Positions 48,701-60,539 of a DNA stretch of 64,000 nt are shown in pieces. Source of the stretch: Phoronis australis (Eukaryota > Animalia > Phoronida); contig NMRA01000074.1 in the NCBI GenBank assembly GCA_002633005.1, positions 897,097-961,096 of the forward strand, read 5' to 3'. The translations under genes and the position numbers were made by a program. Within the stretch, counting starts at the first letter, position 1. Each line of letters opens with the position of its first letter. Under the pieces are notes generated by a model that had not been told where the DNA came from, searched no databases, and saw only the letters and a list, made by a program, of their open reading frames with translations.

Positions 48701-51700
48701 GAAGTGGTTGGGTAAGACCAAGGTCATGTTTTAACTCCTAAGTCCCATTCATGAAACATACCCATTGTGACATCTTGGGAAGTCTTGTGAAAACTTGCGT
48801 TTTCGCGAGCTTTTCGTATGTACAAACACAAAATTTTAATCATCCCTTGTTTGCTATGTGCAGAGCTAGAGACTTTCTTGTGCAAGTTTACGCTACAACA
48901 TAGCGCTTTAAGGTGTTAGGGTTGTTCAATACATACACACTTTTTTTCATATTCCTACAGGTAATATTGCAAAGCGACATCACTCTCATCCAGGAAATAA
49001 GGGATTCAACTGAAGTCACTGCAGAAGCGATTCATTTGTTAGTTAACAGGTAAGATCATCGATAACACAAGGTACACGGTTGGTCAGGCTATTCAGGGGT
49101 GAAGACTTTCTACTAAATCATCCAGTTTCCGGGGTTTGAAGAATTTGCTCTCTGGGCAATTTACATTTTATTTTCAGTTATTTTTGAGAAGGCTGTTATC
49201 GGTGTAGGACACTGTTCTCTTGCATGGATCGTACTGACTGTTTCGATGTATACTTCTATAGTCACACATGCACACAATGAATTGGTATCAAAAAGACATT
49301 CCTGTTTTACAAAGTATGGTGTTAATGGGTTATGATTTCTTTCTATCTCAGCACATCTGATCCCTTCGGTTACGTGGCCAGCCAACGTCTAGGCAGAACT
49401 CACAGCAAGGAAAAATATGCGTTTTATTACAGGTAAACTACAGTGTATAGAATGTGTAAAATTCAACACGGTAAAACGATCTTGCGGCTCAACCGTCTCG
49501 CGATATATTGCGGAGTTACGTATGGCGTTTCGAAATCCGGCAACTATGACAGCTTTCATGTTTTTAGGTAAATGCACACGTAACTGTGGTGCGTATGTAC
49601 ATGTGCACGTGCGTTATAGTCAATAAATAACAACACTGTAATGCATACTTTGAAAGATTCTTTTTAATGTATCATGTATATTCTTTAGAGAATATACACT
49701 TCATAGTTAAAATGCTAGAACAGTCTATTGCCTTTTCCCTTCTTTTCAGACTATAAATGTTTATAAAATGAAAACAATTTGCTATTTTAAATAAAAGTTG
49801 ACTTTCCATGCATCTTTATTTTCAGGCTCAACAAGGTTGAGTTGTTAGACACCTATCAGTACCCAGATCCGCATGATTTCTACGAAAGGCCGCCCTTCCT
49901 CGCTCGTTTCAAGGCCCTCAACATCAATTCACTGAAGGATTTTGGTGTACTAGCCATCCACACATCACCGTCCGATGCCGTTGAGGAAACAAGTCACCTG
50001 GTGGACGTTTATGACGACATACAGCGACACTACCATTCCCTTGAGGTGTGTATTCAAGTTGAAACAGGCGTTTGTCGTCATATGATTTATGTTCGTTGCA
50101 GACTAAATGCAGAACACCGCGCCTTCCAAAAACTTGGTTGATTTCGCAACTTGTTTCTTTCTTCGTTAAAAAGATGTATTGATATACCTATCGAGGCTTC
50201 ATGCAGCTTACTCGGCTAGCCAAGTTGTCGTGGTTTTTGTGTTTTGTTTTGAAAATCGGCACAAATGCAGGTACGCCAGGTTAAGCAAAGTTTGAAGTAC
50301 CATGATTTGAGAAACGATGGGTAAAACATCCTGTTCCGGGGGGTTGAAAATGTGAATCATTTAAAAACAGTACAGTTATCAAACAAAGCATAGACCAGAC
50401 CCAAGATTGTATTTTGCAGTGTTTCAGTTACGTTTTTGGAAGTAACGCTAATCTTTATCCTGGGAGAATGTAAGCGCAGTCTACAGTAGCCTTTGTACAA
50501 GCACTCTTCATTCCCCGAAAGTGCACATTCGTACGGTCACCTTGTGTCAATTCTCGAAGTGAACCATTTTGACGTGATGGTACTGTAACTGAGATACATG
50601 TATCTCTACAGCGAAATTTTCTCTCAACCCATAGAATGTTCTGATTGCCGGAGACCTGAACGCCGACTGTAACTACATAGACGGCAATGATTGGTCGAAG
50701 GTGAAACTGAGGAACGATCCGAGGTTTCTTTGGCTTACTTCTGACACGCTCGACACTACTGTAAAGACTACGGATTGCACTTACGACAGGTTTGCACTGC
50801 AATGGTCCCGCATCTACTTTGACGTAATGTTGTTTGGGCTTAACTCCAATCTTATTTTATATTACATTAAAAATGTAACTTGGACTATCTTGACCTTACG
50901 GAAGGCAGCTCTGCCGTTATACGGTGGCTGTGAACGGACCTCACATATTTCGAAGTGAATTTTCTAGAAATCTTTATAGCCTAAATGAATTGATGTCCAG
51001 GTAGAGAACGAAGTGATAATCCCTTGACAGTCACTGTATGTAACGCTGACTGTTAACGGTTTACGATCAAAATCATGACACGCTAAAATAGAGCGATCTG
51101 CTTCCCATAATTCCTCACACTATCCGTAAAAGAGCCGACAGGTCTTAATGGTAGCCGGGAAGACTACCTAATTTTTATTACAACTACATGTCGGTATAAT
51201 ATGTTATTTAGTACATCACTGTGAAATTTTGATAGGTTTGTAGCGGCTGGAAAGGCTCTTCAGAAAGCTTATATTCCTGACTCGAGTGGCGTAATAAGAT
51301 TTGACTTGCTACTGAATTTAACCGAAACCGAGGTACGTACTATACAAAGGACCGATTTGAAGTCTGAATGCAATGAATATACCTAGGTGGCGTGCTACTT
51401 TATAGTCGTTTGTTCTTTTATGAATCAAACACTAAGCTGTGTATACATGTATATAGCTATGTATGGGGACAAATCGAACACGATTCTGTTCGACAACAGC
51501 CAGTCTGTCAAAGGTTCATTTTGTTTCCAGCACCTAAACGTGTCAGTTAACATTTATATTTCTCCCATGTTATCAATATTGAATTCTCCGCAACACTCCC
51601 AATCAACTAACTATAATGTTTTGGGAAAAGAAGTGCCTTGTTAAACTCCGTTAGTGGATTTTTTAAAATTACTTTTTTTATTTTTAGGCACTGCAAGTGA

Positions 51701-54700
51701 GTGACCATTATCCAATAACACTGCAATTTGCTGGAACAGGTGAGACATGACTGTCTTTAAAGCTGTTTCCTTTCTGTTTCACCTCATCTTAATTTCGCCA
51801 AATTTCGAGAACTATTAGGCCGTAAATTGGACCATCAACAGTGAAGGAGAAATAAATTGCGAAATTTTGATGAATTTTCAAGGCCTCTGAAGCCTAATTT
51901 GCAGGCCAGTACTTTACGTGTGTATACAATTAACGTCACCAATAACCACATCCTGGCGTTAAATCGCCATTCACATAAGTATCTTCACAAACAACGTCAT
52001 CGCGTTCTTATCCTGTGAATTGATATTGTTTACAAAATGTCCCCTGGAAGTTGTTTGGCTGCCATATTTCTTCGGGTGTTAAAACTATGCCGCTGTAACG
52101 ACCAAACTGCACGACCACGTATCCCCAAGACATACTTTAACAAGTTATGTAGGAACCTAGAAAAATGATCATAATAGGCAAACGTCGGAATATCGCATCT
52201 CACTAATGGCTGATTTAACTGAGTTAAAACTTTCAGATACTATACTTTGCCTTTCTTCCAAAACGGGGTTGGGGATTATCTTTAGAATGTTCCTATTTTT
52301 GCACGAGGCGTAATAAAATGGGACTGTTATGATTTTAATGAAAAAGGTCTAAAGTTGCATGAAACGAAAACGAAATATTTTAGAAGACAGTAACAACATT
52401 TCTGATATCTCAACTTGACTATTTACACCAAACATTTTTGCTCACGTTATTGATACCGTTGTTTTGTTATTAAAGTATATTTCTTTCTTCACTAAATTTT
52501 TCAAAATGACATGGTCATGTTACCCAATTAATGACAAATCTGTTTAAGTAAAACTACCAAAATCAAATTGGCAAAACGTTCCGTTGCCTGTGCATGTTCA
52601 CGGCGCCTCTCTAGTATTTCTTGATCAGTGTATTCCGGTTCGAACCGGTAGCCTGTGAAGCCTATAATAACGATCCGACCCGTGTAGTCTTCGTCGGAAG
52701 AGCTCTTGACTAAGTCGGGATTGGCGCCGGGCGAGTTGCGCGTAGACGTTTATTATTCTGCGTTCTGTTTCAAAATGAATTATTCTCATAACCAATATTT
52801 ATATGAAACCGAATCAAAGTCTGTCTCATTGGCTACAATTTGTATTGCCTTGGAGTGCTCGTACATTGTAAGTGCAAATGTTTTAAGAAGCCAGCAATAA
52901 ATAAACCACTGCGTTACCGGCTTTTGATGCCGGCAGCAAAAGTAATTGACCGGGCACCGAGGCCGTGTGAGCGCATGCTAATTCTGTGTTCGCTGACAGA
53001 AAGCTGTTGTGAAACAATCACTCTATTTTATATGCTATGGTCGCATGTTAGGGGAATTTTAGAAATAGAAATACATTATTCAAATCATTGTTACTGTACA
53101 ACCTTTGCCCTGACGGTTGTGTGGAAGGGGAACCCAACTTTGCGGGCCCCGACAAGTAAGCAGATTTTCAGTTTCGTGGCTAATTCACATAAATAATTAC
53201 GTGCACATTATTTCTTTGGCTCAATATTATAGTCTTTTCGTGACTGGAGGTTTAGTTTCCAACTCAAGCTGGTTTATGTTCGTGCCAGTTCCGGCGGTCG
53301 CGACGGGCCTAATCGGGTTCCGAGCCACTGGCCGGGATAACAAGCGTTTTGTGTGTTTAGAACTCAAAAATCACAAGACAAGTATTAACTACACAGATCT
53401 AGGTTCTCCTGCCTGTATTTCACGGAAGAATACTTCGAATTTATCTCCTAATAGACCCCAAATCCTGCTACGTACTTTGGTAAATTGGCCTGCCGAACTT
53501 TGTAGGCTACGATGTTTCCAAATGCCAGTAAATCCGTGGCAGCGAAATAAAACAACACGTTTTTACAAGAACTCGGTGTATTTTTAAGGGTTTTACATTG
53601 AATTTTGAGGATTAATTGGTGTTAAACGATGACTTCAAGCGATAAGCTGACACCAGTAATCCGTGTTGTGACCTGAACAGACTGCGTGTGAAACCAATTA
53701 CGTCATTGGATAATTTCAACACCTCCGTCTGCCGACAGGTGTCAGGTAACGCAACCGAACCTGCCGTTATTGTGTAGAGCTACTCGATCTAAACTGATAT
53801 AAAATAGGTTGTTTTTGCCTGGCATTCTCCTTTAAACTGTTTTACGGTTTTCTTGCCTCTCATCGTATTACCGGATGTTGCATTTAATGCGCTTGATTGT
53901 CGTCAGTTTTTTTGTCTGGTCAACCAGCTGAGACATCTGATAGGTTGTCGAAGCAGAATCCCGGCTTAGTAATCAATTAGATGGCTACAGCGGAACCGGC
54001 GAACAAGTCAAGTGCAGCCATTGGTTATCTGATGGTGCACAGTATTGGGACGGGTGGTGCGAAAAAATAAGCATTAATATTAAAATGACCTTACGTGTTA
54101 AACAATATAACTACAAAACGAAAGTGTTGGCTAAAACATGCGTTCTGCTGTTGCATTCACTGAGCTAATCCTAATATTTAATGCTTTCAAATTTGAAATT
54201 TTCAAGCTAAACATGTTCTAGTTTGTTTTGACAAGGCGAATTTAAACCTTTGTACTTAATATCTTCTGCAGTAGCTTAAACGACGTACCTGTGTGTGAAA
54301 ACAGTCATACAATCAATCACTCTTTACTTTTATACTATGTCATATACAAAATGTTTCAAGTTTAAAGTTATCTTATCAATAAACAAAACAACTGATTGTA
54401 TTCATAAATGCTTAAAGTTGCTTATGATTTTGAGAGTAAGACAAACCACCTTTTCTACGACCGCGGATTATTATCTAATAGCAAATCAAACAATTGAAAT
54501 TCCTTCTGAGCTAAAACGTTATTGTGAGTAGACTGGTCCGGTACAAAGATGGACTGTTACGGAATGTTTGATACTTTCATGTGTAGACCCTGACCTGACA
54601 CCGGTGTGTTTCTGTTGCTTTTAAAAGTGTCGGTAGTTCAGGAAGAGTCTTGTCAATCGATGTGTGGCGTAGGAATTTAATCAGTCACGTATGTATTGCG

Positions 54701-56624
54701 CACCATTTAAGCACAGTAGACAACCACGGTCATTCTTAATCACATCACTATCCACGTGGAGTGTGAAGTTATTGGTCGAAATGTGCGCGGGCCCGGTTTA
54801 AAACTATAGTGTGAAACCTAGAAACCATAGCCAAACAGAATAAAGAGGGACCGAATTTAAAACATTATAAGTAGGTGAAATATAAAGGATTATCGTGAGC
54901 GCACTCGGGGGGGGGGGTCTCGGGGGGCTCTTTCGAGCCTCCTATGGCGAGGTGGACAAAATGGTCTGCCTCAGGAAACAGAAGCTCCGAAAAAAGTAGA
55001 AAACGAGACAAAAGTCCACTGAAAAGGCAGGAACTACTACAGTTCGACGAATACACATTTCATAGCTCTATACGTGCCCCTTGAATCTTAGTAAGTTCTC
55101 AAAATTTCGAGCCCCCAGTTTTAGGCTGATGTGCCCATGGTTTTGATTAAACGTGTGGGTTTATTACCCCTTTAGAAGATAACAGAATATCAAAAGTCCA
55201 TAAACTCTGCGTGAAAGAAACGTCTGCAGAAATTACGCCAAACTCCTCAAAAGATCCGATTTTTGGATTAAAAACATGTTAGCGTGGCTGCATCGTTAAA
55301 AAGATATTATCGGCGTCAAAAGACTCGGAGGTTTACTGAGATCAACCCCAACGCGCAATTCACAACCCCAGTAGTGGCATTGTTGCGGGCGTATGAATGG
55401 CCCTTGGGAGTAAAGTGTCGCCATAAACTTACGCGGCAACTATAATTACGTTACGCCGCAAATAATTACTTTACGCCGTTAAACTATGCTAAACATAATT
55501 ACTACACGCCGTTGAATTACGTCACAAATAGTTACGTTACGCATTTAAATTACTTAGCAAATAATTACTAAACTCCGCAACCATTTACTTTACGCCACAA
55601 ATATTTAATTCACGCATCTAAATAATTACTTCACACTTCTAACAAGAATTATCTTGTGCACGTACATGTAGTTTAACGGCGTAAAGAAATTCTTTGCGGT
55701 GTAAAGTAATTACTTAACGCCGCCAATAATTATTTTACGCGGTAAATAATTTCGTTATGTCGCAAATAATTACTTTACGCCGAAAAAAATTAATTTACGA
55801 TACCTATAAGAATTAATTTGGGCCCGTAATTTTACGGTGACACTTTCACCCCAACGGCCCACCATATGGGCGGAGCTAAACCACAATCGATAAATGAAAA
55901 AGCACTTTAAGCGTATTTGGTGAAGCCACCAGCGTTGATTCCAGCGAATGGCTGCCAGACATCGGAAATTCATGAGTAATAAGAAACAGCATGCTTTGGT
56001 ATTTATAGCTCTGGTTAAAGCAAATAATTTCAAGAACTCTATTACTTCTAATAATGGGTGGGATGTTACGAGCGATGGCAGGTTATTCGAACACACCATA
56101 CGACCACGCAGAATAATAAGTTTCAATATTGACTTCTTGATGTGGAACAGAGTGTAAAGGTTGTTCTGTTGTTAATTGCAGCCAATGTTGCTCTTCAAAG
56201 AAGTTTAAGCACCTCCACAGAATACACTGTTGAGAGCAAACTTCCAGTAGATGACGTCAATAGGATCAGAGCCATCTATCGTGCAGCCCGTGGAACGCCA
56301 CCCACAACCCCAGGCACAGGATTCGAGGTAGAAGTATTACAGAGGACTTCGGGAGGGATACTTTACGTCACTGCCACTAAGCGCAACCTTAGCTACGGAC
56401 ATATCATGCCGTCCTTAAATGAATTTTGTGAACAGTTTACTGGTGTTCTTAAGAAACCACTAATAGATGGCGTCCTTGCTTATATTATATCTGACGTGAT
56501 GAAGCCTTCGTATGTCTACGGGCTTGATATTGAAGATACTCGTCTTTTCAATCTCGAAGTCCATTGCAGGGTGAAAGATCCGTTGACTTGTAAAATAATT
56601 GTTGTCCTTCAGACTAGCGATTAG
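45601..56624 (+). CDS. DNASE1: Deoxyribonuclease I family protein (secreted), 8 exons, 442 aa including a C-terminal extension
   Basis: Exons are 45601-45792, 48961-49049, 49352-49432, 49826-50045, 50635-50789, 51236-51332, 51688-51739 and 56182-56624, all GT-AG and phase-consistent (0,2,2,0,2,0,1). Motifs: signal peptide, AFNVQVLG, LIQEIRD, RLGRTHSKEKY, AIHTSP (H134), AGDLNADC (D168/N170/C173), DTTVKTTDCTYDR (C209/D212), VSDHYP (H252). The symbol denotes the family, not proven orthology. Confidence 0.9.
48961..49049 (+). CDS. DNASE1: DNase I exon 2
   Basis: cctacag|VILQSDITLIQEIRDSTEVTAEAIHLLVN-AG|gtaaga. Confidence 0.92.
49352..49432 (+). CDS. DNASE1: DNase I exon 3
   Basis: tctatctcag|C-TSDPFGYVASQRLGRTHSKEKYAFYY-AG|gtaaac. 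Confidence 0.92.
49826..50045 (+). CDS. DNASE1: DNase I exon 4
   Basis: ttttcag|G-LNKVELLDTYQYPDPHDFYERPPFLARF...AIHTSPSDAVEETSHLVDVYDDIQRHYHSLE|gtgtgt. Confidence 0.93.
50635..50789 (+). CDS. DNASE1: DNase I exon 5
   Basis: ccatag|NVLIAGDLNADCNYIDGNDWSKVKLRNDPRFLWLTSDTLDTTVKTTDCTYD-AG|gtttgc. Confidence 0.93.
51236..51332 (+). CDS. DNASE1: DNase I exon 6
   Basis: tttgatag|G-FVAAGKALQKAYIPDSSGVIRFDLLLNLTETE|gtacgt. Confidence 0.88.
51688..51739 (+). CDS. DNASE1: DNase I exon 7 (catalytic His; reads through to TGA 51750 if unspliced)
   Basis: tttttag|ALQVSDHYPITLQFAGT-G|gtgaga. Confidence 0.9.
55392..55866. mobile_element. MITE with long TIRs and internal ~21-22-bp repeats in both orientations, in DNase I intron 7
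   Basis: TATG..TGGCCCTTGGGAGTAAAGTGTCGCCATAAA is inverted relative to TTTACGGTGACACTTTCACCCCAACGGCCCACCATA; internal AATAATTACTTTACGCCG units. Confidence 0.7.
56182..56624 (+). CDS. DNase I exon 8: ~147-aa C-terminal domain of unknown family
   Basis: Acceptor ttgttctgttgttaattgcag|CC is phase 1, matching the exon 7 donor. The frame is open 443 nt to TAG, and AATAAA at ~56913 follows an AT-rich 3' UTR. Confidence 0.7.
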
Positions 56625-57047
56625 AAGGTTACTCGACTCAGATTACAGAACGTTTGATTAGTTTGAGATATTGACTGTCTTCTGAGCGCTCGGTACGTAC
56701 CACCGGTGTTCTTTGAGTGTATTAGTAAGCACCTGAGGCATGGGGCATAACTGTTCCAATTACTCCAATTACTGGCTCGATGATGAAGTCTAAATACAAG
56801 CCTATCTTTGAATTGTAACTATTATACGAAATTGAAGTTTTAAGGCATTTTCATTAATCTATATATATACCTGGCTTGACATATAAATTGGAATTAAATG
56901 AAATCATGATGAAATAAAAAGCAGTTACCGCTACTTAAAAATATGTTGTGTTGCTGAACCAAACTCTTGTAGCATCTTAAGTTAACCGTGTTGACAAGCA
57001 TCTGTGCTGCAATTCACAGGTGTTCGTTTCTAGCGCAGGTATGCAAC

Positions 57048-57199
57048 CAGAGCTGTAGTGGTAAAATTAGAGGAAAGTAGTCGCCCAAACCCCACCGTTT
57101 CACCTTGAGCACTGAACGTAACTTACGATGCGTACATGTAGGCGCTTCGTTCAAATGCCAAAAGGTGGTTGGCTGCGCCTACGCCACGCTACAGCACTG
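57048..57199. mobile_element. hAT-family MITE, second copy of 16484-16639
   Basis: CAGAGCTGTAGTGG ... GCTACAGCACTG; flanks TATGCAAC / TCTGCAAC (7/8 TSD). Confidence 0.8.
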
Positions 57200-57835
57200 T
57201 CTGCAACCAATGCCGAAGTCTACTTAATAGCAGAAGAAACACGTACTGCTCTGTTGCGCTATTTTGGCGAAGACTAAGCCTCAGTTCACAGCATTTTCGA
57301 AAATCAATTATTTGGTGAAGGTTGGTTCACGAAGAGTTCTTTTGCTTACGGGAACTTGTCACACGTTGTTTATCTCTGTACGCATGACCTCATAATCTAT
57401 CCCCCCGAACCATCGAATCACCTGAATAAATCATTCATCATACATGTACATGTACATCTTGAACAGTGTGCAACGTCACGAGTATATATGCGAGCGTAAG
57501 AATTCCTGATTCTGTTTCAAAGGATAGTAATTTGTGGGCACGAAATTATTATTTGATGATTGTCAATGACAAATTGTTCATTTGGTTGATTTGATTTTCG
57601 GTCAGACAAGCATGTGGGTCGCCTGAATGAGGTCTGCTTTTCATAAGCCAACTTTGTAGGGGTGTGTAAAACTTTGCGATACTATAGACCATGTCGGATT
57701 GGTTCGGATTATTGAGTGGATCTTGTTGATAATTCGAGACCACTATGCCATTTTGTGACGCCGTTGACGTTACCACGATCAAGTTATTCCCATTGGTTTC
57801 CCAAAGACAGTGCTATCATCATGACATTGTCACTA

Positions 57836-57889
57836 TAATAAATAAATATAATAATAATAATAATAATAATAGTAATAATAATAATAATA

Positions 57890-57930
<41 letters not shown>
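57836..57930. repeat. (AAT)n microsatellite
   Basis: Visible AAT run with occasional AGT interruptions. Confidence 0.95.
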
Positions 57931-57933
<3 letters not shown>

Positions 57934-58034
57934 GTGAATTTCACGCTTCACACCAGAAGCCAATGTACACGCTAGACTTGAACACGGCTGAGAAGACGCA
58001 GCCGATCGACTTTGTCGGAAAAGTGAATGATCAC

Positions 58035-58165
58035 CGGTCTTCCGGCATGAAATATTTTTGTCCAGGCGTGATAAAAGTTTGGTCCTGGTGTAATAAAGTT
58101 TCGGTCTTGACCTGTTAAATTTCGACCCTGACGTGATAAATTATAGGTCCTGGCGTGATAAATTG
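58035..58165. repeat. Degenerate ~21-22-bp tandem repeat
   Basis: Units resembling GATAAAGTTTCGGTCCTGGCGT, about 6 copies. Confidence 0.6.
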
Positions 58166-60539
58166 AGTTTTGAAATGCTATTTTGTCTCCCAGAGATTTT
58201 AATTTTTGAATAGAAGATACATGTCCTGAACTAGGAAATTTTCCGCCTGGGCTTTCCACATTTTACTCTCTTAAACAAAGTTGGTCTCATAGTATACATT
58301 AGTTACCGTGATAAGACACTATTTCTGTTATTCATTTAGGTTAGTCATAGGTAATGCATACATGTATATGCATATTGCCGTTTTCAAATTCGCTATTTTA
58401 GGGTTGGCCAACCCTAATAAACTCTAAAAAGTTGTAATGAGTCGATGGTTTCGATATTCTTTTGGTAACGGAAATAGAATCTTGTAACGGTAAGGAATAT
58501 TATGAGACTGATGTTATGAGACTAAAGGTCTAATTCGACTTTCATTTAGCCAGCGAATTGGGGCGAAGTGCATCATTGAAATAATTGGAATTGATACCTG
58601 TCATTCTCGTGATATTATTTAAAATGGCGCTTTGTGGATTTTACGTCATTTCAAAAACTAAAACTCCGAGCGACGTGTACTAGTTCGGCATAACACTTTC
58701 TCGGTGATCAAATTAGAGCCTTTAATCTTATTACATACCCTACCGAGATCAGATTTTATTTACGTAACTAAAAAGAACATTTGAAAAACAGCGTGTAAAG
58801 GAAATGCTTGACTGCACGAGTAGGTTTGTAGTAGGCGCTGTAGCAGATGATAAAGGGGGTTGGTATGCGCTGACTCGATGAGTCACTGAGGTCGAGCTCG
58901 TAGTGGAACCACACATTATGACATAAACTACTGAAGCTTCGGGATTCACACGTCGGCGTAAGGTCTGCAATAGAGGAAATTTATAAATCTTCTCTACCTC
59001 TCGCCCACCTGATAAAACTCCCGCCTTGAACTGTTTATGGCAAATAGTTGAGCTGCACATGTTCACCGCAGCACCTGACAACGCCACTAAGGCGTTTTTA
59101 TGAGTTTAGCGGGGACCCGAACAACCCTTCAAAAAGCGAGACAGTCGCGCCAAAAGCGGGGAGTTGGCAAGCAAGTTTGCTTACTTGAACCCTATTTTGT
59201 TTCTTCGATGAAAAGTCTAATTTTTTCAAATGAATTCGAGATTGGCTTTACCAAGAAGTGAAGGGCTATTTCGTGTGTACTCAAGAAGTAATTACCAGAT
59301 TTATTTAGTACGTGCTTGGTAACGCAAGGATAGTTAATGATGGAAGTAGAGCAACACTTTTGGCAAAGGGAACCCGTGATCTATTGATGAGGCACTCATT
59401 TGTTCTTAATAGGTAATCTGTAGCAGACCCTCAAAGGGTACAATTTGCTTTATTTTGAGTGTGGATCATGCATTTTTCGGCATTCATTTTTGAACAGAAT
59501 AGAACTATCAATATAGTTCGGAAAATTGCTGCAAAACAGCAAAACCCGTGACTTTTGGGATTTCAGCAAGAATGGCCGATTCGTTTGTTCAGTTCCAAAC
59601 ATTCTGTGGATTTTTAGGTCGGGTCCGATTATCTTGTAAGTTAAATACCGTGAATAATCGCAATTTACCACACTAACTTCTAGCTCTGTACAAGTGAAAC
59701 GTTGGACTGCAATTGGTAAGGCAATCGGTCGCTGTGTAGGAATCCACCTCTATTCTCATTTCGAATGTGCACCATCGTCACCGACGATAATTGACACTTT
59801 TGAGAATGTCGAAATTATGGCAATGACACAGATAATTAGACTTACTACCTGTTTCGGTTTACCTCCACTCCCATCGTCGCCAATAACGCGCCAGGTTAGT
59901 TATGTTGTCGTTATTCTAACTAATAATTTGGCTAGATCTTGAATATTAGATATTTTTAATGTGGTAAAACCTTTTCACTGACATGTTTATGGTTAGCACA
60001 GTGCTACAAACTTCCAACTGATGTCTGATAAATTCTTGAAAAAGTTTGCACCTAATTCATTAATATCAACCATAATTCTATTTATATCAAACATAAATAA
60101 CATTAATATCCACAATTATTCTATATATATCTGGCATAAGTCAGTCAGTGGGAATCGTCGGTACATGATTGACCCGGCCAGCAATGTTTCCAGCCAATTC
60201 AGTACCCTGTTAAAGTTTTCAATGTTGTTTGCGTGGAACCATTCAAATTCGACTGTTAGAAACGCCCCACTTAATGCAAAGGTTTCCCATGAGTCGTTGA
60301 CTCCCTGTTACACTGAGTTTTGATTCGCTGATTGCTAGCCAATCCTGTTCTGGTATATTTGTATTTTTTAACCCATTCTGTGGAATAAAGTTTGACAATG
60401 GAGCTTGCTTTACCGCCGAAACATGTCGCTACTTTATAGCTAGGTATCATGTAGGAGCAGCCAGTGAAACATGGGCAAATAAACCAAACTAGTTTAGTGT
60501 ACAGGGCTATGTACGTATGTTTTAATGTGCAATGTTTAT

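Noticed and set aside
49417-49626. ORF-track peptide as DNase I exon 3
   Set aside because: Wrong frame; the real exon is 49352-49432 (RLGRTHSKEKYAFYY).
56142-56181. Independent secreted protein starting MEQSVKVVLLLIAA
   Set aside because: The start is GTG and the apparent hydrophobic stretch is the T-rich acceptor tract. The phase matches DNase I exon 7.
57745-57975. Poly-Asn protein
   Set aside because: It is a translation of an (AAT)n microsatellite.
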